DNA from: Candidatus Sericytochromatia bacterium
Lineage (GTDB): Bacteria > Cyanobacteriota > Sericytochromatia > S15B-MN24 > UBA4093
Assembly: GCA_036676495.1 (NCBI GenBank)
Contig: JAKFCT010000020.1
Coordinates: forward strand, 1-64,000
Reading direction: 5' to 3'
DNA length: 64,000 nucleotides
Each line of letters opens with the position of its first letter. Positions within the stretch are counted from its first letter, which is position 1. The position numbers were made by a program, and so were the translations under genes. The notes under the pieces are model-generated. The model was not told the DNA's origin. It made no database searches and worked only from the letters and a program-made list of their open reading frames with translations. Below are positions 58,363-64,000 of the stretch, one piece after another.

Positions 58363-59442
58363 GTGCTAGAGCGATGGCAGGATGCCTTCGGAAAGCTTGA
58401 GGGCAAGGCAGTGCTCGGCTTGTTGCTTTGGGGGCTCATGGCCTCCACGGCAATGGCAAACCCCATGGAAGCGGGCATCACGCCGATCGCCTCCGAGGTC
58501 AACGGGGTCTACAACCTGATCATGTGGATCACCGGCATCCTCTTCGTGGGAATCTGGGCGGCCCTGGGCTATGCCCTCTGGAAGTTCCGCTACCGCAAGG
58601 ATCGCCAGGTCAACGACTTCCACGGCAACCTCACCCTCGAGGTGGTCTGGACGATCATCCCGGTGATCTTGCTGATCATCATCTCGGTGCCGGCCTTCCG
58701 GGTGCTCCAGTTCACGGAGTACGCCCCCAAGGAGATCTCCGAGACCGTCGAAGTCATCGGGCACCAGTTCTTCTGGGAGTACCGCTACCCCGACTCGGGC
58801 ATCACCATCGCCAACCAGCCCATGCGCCTGCCGGTGGGCCAGAACATCCGGTTGCTCGTCACCTCGGATGACGTCATCCACTCCTTCTCGGTCCCCGAGT
58901 TCGGCTTCAAGCAGGACGCGATTCCCGGGCGGGTGAACGAGCGCTGGGTCCGCGTCGACAAGGCCGGGACCTACGACGGCTACTGCGCGCAGCTCTGCGG
59001 CGCGCTCCACGCCAACATGCTCTTCAAGGTCGAAGCCATGGAGCCCGAGGCCTATGCCGCCTGGAAGGCCGAGAACCAGAAGGCCGCCGCCGCTCCCACC
59101 GGCCCCGTGTCCAAGGAAGACCTCATGGCCTCCGGGGAGAAGCTCTACGCCTCGAACTGCGCCTCTTGCCACCAGGTCAACGGCCAGGGCCTCCCCGGCG
59201 TCTTCCCGCCGATCGCCGGCTCCGACTGGATCAAGGGCGACAAGAACGCGCATATCGACGTCATGCTCAACGGCCTGCGCGGAGAGATCACCGTCAACGG
59301 CCAGAAGTACAACGGCGTCATGCCGGGCTTCGGCCACCTGACCGATGTCGACCTCGCCGCGATCGCCACCTACGAGCGCAACGCGTGGGGCAACAACGCC
59401 GGCGTCGTCACCCCCGACGAGGTCAAGGCCCGCAGAAAGTAA
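58363..59442 (+). CDS. ctaC: Cytochrome c oxidase subunit II with fused cytochrome c (caa3 type)
   Basis: LEVVWT, DVIHSF, CAQLCGALHANM (CuA), CASCH; GGGAGG RBS before GTG. Confidence 0.95.
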   Translation: MLERWQDAFGKLEGKAVLGLLLWGLMASTAMANPMEAGITPIASEVNGVYNLIMWITGILFVGIWAALGYALWKFRYRKDRQVNDFHGNLTLEVVWTIIPVILLIIISVPAFRVLQFTEYAPKEISETVEVIGHQFFWEYRYPDSGITIANQPMRLPVGQNIRLLVTSDDVIHSFSVPEFGFKQDAIPGRVNERWVRVDKAGTYDGYCAQLCGALHANMLFKVEAMEPEAYAAWKAENQKAAAAPTGPVSKEDLMASGEKLYASNCASCHQVNGQGLPGVFPPIAGSDWIKGDKNAHIDVMLNGLRGEITVNGQKYNGVMPGFGHLTDVDLAAIATYERNAWGNNAGVVTPDEVKARRK

Positions 59443-59450
59443 GTTCGCCT

Positions 59451-59488
59451 GAGGTCTCCCGCCCCGGTTTCCCGGGGCGGGAGACCTC
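59451..59488. other. Strong intercistronic hairpin without a U-tract
   Basis: GAGGTCTCCCGCCCCGG-N4-CCGGGGCGGGAGACCTC. Confidence 0.65.
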
Positions 59489-59517
59489 GGGTCCCGAAGC
59501 TTTTCAGGAGTAAAACG

Positions 59518-61098
59518 ATGTCTACCGCAGCACACGCCCCAGCGGGACACCCCCACCCGCTCAAAACCAGCCTCTGGGACTGGATCACCTCCACCGACCA
59601 CAAGAAGATCGGGATCATGTACCTGATCCTCGCCCTCTTCAGCTTCTTCGTCGGAGGCCTCTTCGCCCTCCTGGTCCGCCTGCAGCTCTGGAGGCCCGAC
59701 GCCGGCATCCTCGCGCCCGACGTCTACAACCAGATGCTCACCATGCACGCCACGGTCATGATCTTCCTGGCCGTCATCCCCCTCTTGACCGGATTCGGCA
59801 ACTACGCCGTCCCTCTGATGCTCGGCGCCAAGGACATGGCCTTCCCCCGGCTCAACAACGTCGCCTTCTGGCTGAACGCTGCCGGCGCCGTCGTCCTCAT
59901 GTCCGCCTTCGCCATGGGCGGCTCCGCCGCTGCCGGCTGGACCAGCTACCCTCCGCTTTCCGGCGGCATCTTCAGCCCCGGCCGCGGCGTCGACCTCTGG
60001 ATCCTGGGCATCCACCTCGCGGGTATCAGCTCGATCCTCGGCGGCGTGAACTTCATCGTCACCATCATCAACATGCGCGCCCCGGGCATGTCCATGCACA
60101 AGATCCCCCTCTTCTGCTGGACCTGGCTCGTCACCGCCTGGCTGCAAGTCATCGCCACCCCGGTCCTCGCCGGCGTCCTCACGATGCTCCTCTTCGACCG
60201 GAACCTCGGCACCTCCTTCTTCCGGCCCGAAGCCGGCGGCGACCCGGTCCTTTGGCAGCACCTCTTCTGGTTCTACTCGCACCCCGCCGTCTACATCATG
60301 ATCCTGAGCGGCTTCGGCATCGTCTCCGAGATCATCCCCGTCTTCAGCAAGAAGCACATCTTCGGCTACCTGGCCATCGCCTACTCGTCGGTCGCCATCG
60401 GCCTCCTGGGCTTCCTCGTCTGGGCCCACCACATGTTCGCCACCGGCATCGACGTCCGCGCCCGCACCATCTTCTCGGTGCTGACCATGCTGATCGCCGT
60501 GCCCACCGGCATCAAGATCTTCAGCTGGGTCGCCACCATCTGGGGAGGCAACGTCCGCCTCACCTCGGCCATGCTCTTCGCCGTCGGCTTCGTCGCCTTC
60601 TTCCTGATCGGCGGCCTGGACGGCATCTTCCTCGCCATCATCCCGGTCGACATCCAGCTCACCCATACCTACTGGGTCGTCGCCCACATCCACTACGTGC
60701 TCTTCGCCGGCTCGATCATGGCCATCATGGCGGCAGCCTACTACTGGTTCCCCAAGATGTTCGGCCGCATGATGAACGAGACCCTCGGCAAATGGCATTT
60801 CTGGCTGACGGTCATCGGCATGAACGTCACGTTCTTCCCGATGCACTTCCTCGGCGTCCAGGGCATGCCCCGCCGGTACTACACCTACCCGGAGCAGTTC
60901 GCCTTCTGGAACACCACCGAGACCATCGCGGCCTTCGTGATGGGCTTCGCCCAGCTGATCTTCGTCTACAACATCATCCACTCGCTGCGTAAGGGCGAGG
61001 CCGCTCCCGACGATCCGTGGGAAGGCCGCACCCTCGAGTGGACCGTCTCTTCGCCCCCGCCGTCCCATAACTTCGACACCATGCCGGTGATCAAGTAA
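59518..61098 (+). CDS. ctaD: Cytochrome c oxidase subunit I (A2 type)
   Basis: DHKKIG, WFYSHPAVY, WAHHMF, VVAHIHY, GMPRR. Confidence 0.97.
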   Translation: MSTAAHAPAGHPHPLKTSLWDWITSTDHKKIGIMYLILALFSFFVGGLFALLVRLQLWRPDAGILAPDVYNQMLTMHATVMIFLAVIPLLTGFGNYAVPLMLGAKDMAFPRLNNVAFWLNAAGAVVLMSAFAMGGSAAAGWTSYPPLSGGIFSPGRGVDLWILGIHLAGISSILGGVNFIVTIINMRAPGMSMHKIPLFCWTWLVTAWLQVIATPVLAGVLTMLLFDRNLGTSFFRPEAGGDPVLWQHLFWFYSHPAVYIMILSGFGIVSEIIPVFSKKHIFGYLAIAYSSVAIGLLGFLVWAHHMFATGIDVRARTIFSVLTMLIAVPTGIKIFSWVATIWGGNVRLTSAMLFAVGFVAFFLIGGLDGIFLAIIPVDIQLTHTYWVVAHIHYVLFAGSIMAIMAAAYYWFPKMFGRMMNETLGKWHFWLTVIGMNVTFFPMHFLGVQGMPRRYYTYPEQFAFWNTTETIAAFVMGFAQLIFVYNIIHSLRKGEAAPDDPWEGRTLEWTVSSPPPSHNFDTMPVIK

Positions 61099-61134
61099 AA
61101 CCACGGACCCATCGAGACCCTGAGGACCACGCCC

Positions 61135-61752
61135 ATGACGACCCCGGCCAACTCCGGGCAGGCTGAAACGCCCGCCCCCATCGACCTCGAAGCACGAAAC
61201 CGTCGCCTCGCCAAGCGCGTCGGCCTCGTGATCCTGGGCATGGCCTTGTTCGGCTGGGCGCTGGTCCCCATCTACCGCTGGGTCTGCACCGAGTACGGGG
61301 TCGGCGTCGTCCAGCAGAAACCCGACAAATCGAACGTCCCGGGCGCCATCGGTGAACGCGAGGTGGAAGTTCGCTTCGTGGGCCTGGTGGACGTCCTCGC
61401 GCCCGCCAAGATCGAACCCCTGAAGCCCAGCCTCGTCGTCAAGGTCGGAGAGCAGCGCGAAGTCATGTACCGCTTCACCAACCTCTCCGACGCCCCCCTC
61501 GACTTCCAGGCCGTGCACAGCGTCGCCCCTTCCCTGGCCGATCCGATGTTCCACAAGGTGGAATGCTTCTGCTTCACCACGCAGACGCTCAAGCCTCGCG
61601 AGGTGAAGGAGCTTCCGGTCGCCTTCTGGGTCGACCCCAAGTTCCCACCCCAGTACCACACCGTCACCCTTCAATACACCCTCTACAACCTGAAGCCCGA
61701 CCCGGCGCTGCTCAAGAAGCGCCAGGAAGAAAGCGCCCGCAAGTCGTCTTAA
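61135..61752 (+). CDS. ctaG: Cox11/CtaG copper chaperone
   Basis: LVPIYRWVC and KVECFCF motifs. Confidence 0.9.
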   Translation: MTTPANSGQAETPAPIDLEARNRRLAKRVGLVILGMALFGWALVPIYRWVCTEYGVGVVQQKPDKSNVPGAIGEREVEVRFVGLVDVLAPAKIEPLKPSLVVKVGEQREVMYRFTNLSDAPLDFQAVHSVAPSLADPMFHKVECFCFTTQTLKPREVKELPVAFWVDPKFPPQYHTVTLQYTLYNLKPDPALLKKRQEESARKSS

Positions 61753-61762
61753 GGAGCCGATC

Positions 61763-61915
61763 ATGACCAACGCCGTAACCGAATCGGAACGCGATCGCCT
61801 CATCGCCCGGAACAACCAGAAGCTCGGAGTCATCCTCGCCCTGGTCATCGCGGGCCTGCTCTTCGTCGCCTACCTGTCCCGTTTCGTCCTCTGGCACGTC
61901 GTCTTCGCGAAGTAA
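61763..61915 (+). CDS. 50-aa single-TM protein in the cox operon
   Basis: AAGGAG RBS; MTNAVTESERDRLIARNNQKLGVILALVIAGLLFVAYLSRFVLWHVVFAK. Confidence 0.7.
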   Translation: MTNAVTESERDRLIARNNQKLGVILALVIAGLLFVAYLSRFVLWHVVFAK

Positions 61916-61928
61916 CCGGAGGCCCCCC

Positions 61929-62864
61929 ATGGCAAACGCCGAACGCAATCCTTTCCGCCCGTTCAGCCGCTTCGCGCTGACGCTCAGCATCCTGACCTTC
62001 ATCCTGATCGTCCTGGGGGCCACCGTCCGCGCCATGGGCGCGGGCCTCGCCTGTCCGGACTGGCCCCTCTGCCACGGCCAACTCATCCCGCCGATGGACC
62101 CCGAGATCTTCATCGAGTGGTTCCACCGGCTGGTCGCCGCCCTGGTCAGCACGCTCTTCCTCGGCCTCACGATCTGGGTCGTCGCGGTGAAGGAGCTGCG
62201 CGTCAAGTTCCTCGGCCTGGTCCTCGTGGCCGTCGGCCTTTTGATCATGCAGATCATCCTGGGCGCCCTCACGGTCCTGAAGCTTTTGGCCTTCGAAACC
62301 GTGACCATGCACCTCGGCACCGGCACGCTCTTCCTCTCGAGCCTGGTGCTGCTCACGGTCATGGCATGGAAGGAAGCCGGCGGGCTCCCGACGCTTTCGG
62401 CGCAGCCCGGGATCATCCAGCCGCTCGCTTTCGTGACCATGCTGGCCACCTACGGGCAAATCCTCCTGGGCGGCCTGGTCTCGACCAAGTACGCGGCGCT
62501 GGCCTGCCCGGACTTCCCCACGTGCCACGGCGTGCTCTTCCCTCCGATGGAAGGGGCGATCGCCACCCATATGATCCACCGCTACGGCGCCTACACCCTG
62601 GCCCTGCTCGTCACCGCCCTCATGATCGTCGCCCGCAAGAGCCCCGACGCCTTCGTCCGCCGCGGCACCATGCTCGCCTTCGGCCTCGTGGCGGTTCAGG
62701 TCGGCCTCGGGATCGCCAACGTCCTCATGCGCGTCCCCGTCCCGCTCTCCGCCTCGCACCTGGGAGTGGCCGAACTCATCCTCATGACCCTCCTCGTCGT
62801 CAATCTCGGCATGCTGGGAGCCCGTAAGATCGCATCTGCGGTGCGCCCCGCGCTCGCCCAATAG
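61929..62864 (+). CDS. ctaA: Heme A synthase
   Basis: GLACPDWPLC, EWFHRL, second ACPDFPTC, IHR. Confidence 0.93.
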   Translation: MANAERNPFRPFSRFALTLSILTFILIVLGATVRAMGAGLACPDWPLCHGQLIPPMDPEIFIEWFHRLVAALVSTLFLGLTIWVVAVKELRVKFLGLVLVAVGLLIMQIILGALTVLKLLAFETVTMHLGTGTLFLSSLVLLTVMAWKEAGGLPTLSAQPGIIQPLAFVTMLATYGQILLGGLVSTKYAALACPDFPTCHGVLFPPMEGAIATHMIHRYGAYTLALLVTALMIVARKSPDAFVRRGTMLAFGLVAVQVGLGIANVLMRVPVPLSASHLGVAELILMTLLVVNLGMLGARKIASAVRPALAQ

Positions 62865-62909
62865 CGCCCGCGGCTGTTGCGTAAGGCAGCGAAGCTGACT
62901 TGAAGCAAC
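62863..62909 (+). repeat. 47-bp element, copy 1
   Basis: Colinear with 63893-63939. Confidence 0.8.
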
Positions 62910-62971
62910 GACCGGCTGATAAACGCGGCCCAATCTCAGCGCCCGCGGCTAGGAATTTAAGGAGCTTTCCC

Positions 62972-63889
62972 ATGTTGCTTGGGGCAAGAATCGAAGGCCG
63001 GCTCAACCTCTTGAGCGTGGTCCGTGACTACTACCAGCTCACCAAGCCCACGATCGTCATGCTCATGCTCGTCACGGGCTTACCCGCCCTCCTGATGACG
63101 GGCACGGTTCCCGATCCCGTGGCCGGCGTGATCGCGATCTTCGGCACCATGCTCGCCGCCTCCTCGGCGAGCGCCATCAACCACTACATCGATCGCCACA
63201 TCGACGCCGTCATGGATCGCACGCGCAGCCGCCCCATCCCGCGCGCCCGCGTCACCCCGGAACGGGCCCTGGTCTTCGGCATCGTGCTCGGAATCCTCTC
63301 GGTCCTGCTCTTGGGCCTCTTCGCGAACTGGGTCGCCGCCGCCGTCGCGCTCGCCAGCATCCTCTTCTACACCGTGATCTATACATGGTGGCTGAAGCCC
63401 CGCACGCCCCAGAACATCGTCATCGGCGGAGCCGCCGGAGCGACCGCGCCCCTGATCGTCTGGGCGGCGCTCACCGGGGACTTGCCGCTGGCGCCCTGGC
63501 TGATGTTCGCGATCATCTTCGTCTGGACGCCCCCGCACTTCTGGGCGCTGGCCCTCTTCCGCAAGGAAGACTACGCCAAGGCCAAGATCCCCATGATGCC
63601 CGTCGTGGCCGGGGAGGACTCCACCCGCCGTCAGATGCTGGTCTACACCCTGCTCCTGATCCCGACCACGCTCAGCCTCGTCTGGATCGGAGCCAACGGC
63701 GGACTTTACCTCCTGGGGGCGCTCGTGCTCAACGGGATCTTCACCTGGCACGCCGTGAGGCTCTGGCGCTCGAAGGACGTCGCGCACGCCAAGCGGATGT
63801 TCATCTTCTCGAACTTCTACATGATGCTCCTCTTCGTCATGCTCTTCCTGGACGCGGCCCTGACGCTGGTCCTGGAAACGATGGTTTAG
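62972..63889 (+). CDS. ctaB: Protoheme IX farnesyltransferase
   Basis: LTKP, NHYIDRHIDAVMDRT.SRP, QNIVIGG, WTPPHFWAL. Confidence 0.95.
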   Translation: MLLGARIEGRLNLLSVVRDYYQLTKPTIVMLMLVTGLPALLMTGTVPDPVAGVIAIFGTMLAASSASAINHYIDRHIDAVMDRTRSRPIPRARVTPERALVFGIVLGILSVLLLGLFANWVAAAVALASILFYTVIYTWWLKPRTPQNIVIGGAAGATAPLIVWAALTGDLPLAPWLMFAIIFVWTPPHFWALALFRKEDYAKAKIPMMPVVAGEDSTRRQMLVYTLLLIPTTLSLVWIGANGGLYLLGALVLNGIFTWHAVRLWRSKDVAHAKRMFIFSNFYMMLLFVMLFLDAALTLVLETMV

Positions 63890-63892
63890 ATA

Positions 63893-63939
63893 AGCGCCCG
63901 CGGCTAATACGCAGGAACGCGAAGCTGACCTGAAGCAAC
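63893..63939 (+). repeat. 47-bp element, copy 2
   Basis: Colinear with 62863-62909. Confidence 0.8.
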
Positions 63940-63959
63940 ACATAGATAAGGAAGCCACG

Positions 63960-64000
63960 ATGAGTGAAAAAGCCGCCGCGCCCAAGCGCGGCATGACCCT
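63960..64000 (+). CDS. Start of the next gene (truncated by the window)
   Basis: AAGGA RBS, MSEKAAAPKRGMT. Confidence 0.5.
   Translation, partial: MSEKAAAPKRGMT

Noticed and set aside
58366-61848. 1160-aa minus-strand ORF, and similar long antisense ORFs at 43234-45540, 36443-38365 and 20988-22940
   Set aside because: Antisense shadows of well-supported genes, expected with high-GC codon bias; no motifs.

Overview
High-GC bacterial chromosome segment. Positions 1-~5360 are the right end of a prophage or integrative element. It has leftward early genes with an excisionase, a divergent XRE repressor followed by an ImmA/IrrE-type metallopeptidase, two hypothetical genes, a stand-alone nucleotidyltransferase and a large serine integrase. 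The element abuts a 5'-truncated comEC at the VGQGD motif, so it appears to be inserted in the DNA-uptake gene. The rest is host chromosome: galT/galK, a CapA-YbhB fusion, a secreted two-domain cyanophycinase, glpK, an AGPS-like oxidoreductase with glpD, a PAS histidine kinase, several orphan lipoproteins, an ECF sigma/anti-sigma/RseB/DegP operon, ffh-rpsP-khpA, an acyl-CoA ligase, rnz, trpS, a PucR regulator, clpB, mutL, orphan fliJ/fliK-like genes, alr, an MFS transporter and an A2-type caa3 oxidase operon (III-II-I-cox11-small TM-ctaA-ctaB). Intergenic DNA carries a dispersed AGCGCCCGCGGCT repeat family that often overlaps stop codons and includes a 5 x 21-bp array. It also carries REP-like CGTC-CCCGCG palindromes and recurring TTAA-N7-NTAA motifs. 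No rRNA, tRNA or CRISPR array was seen. All product calls come from motif recognition by eye; no database search was run.
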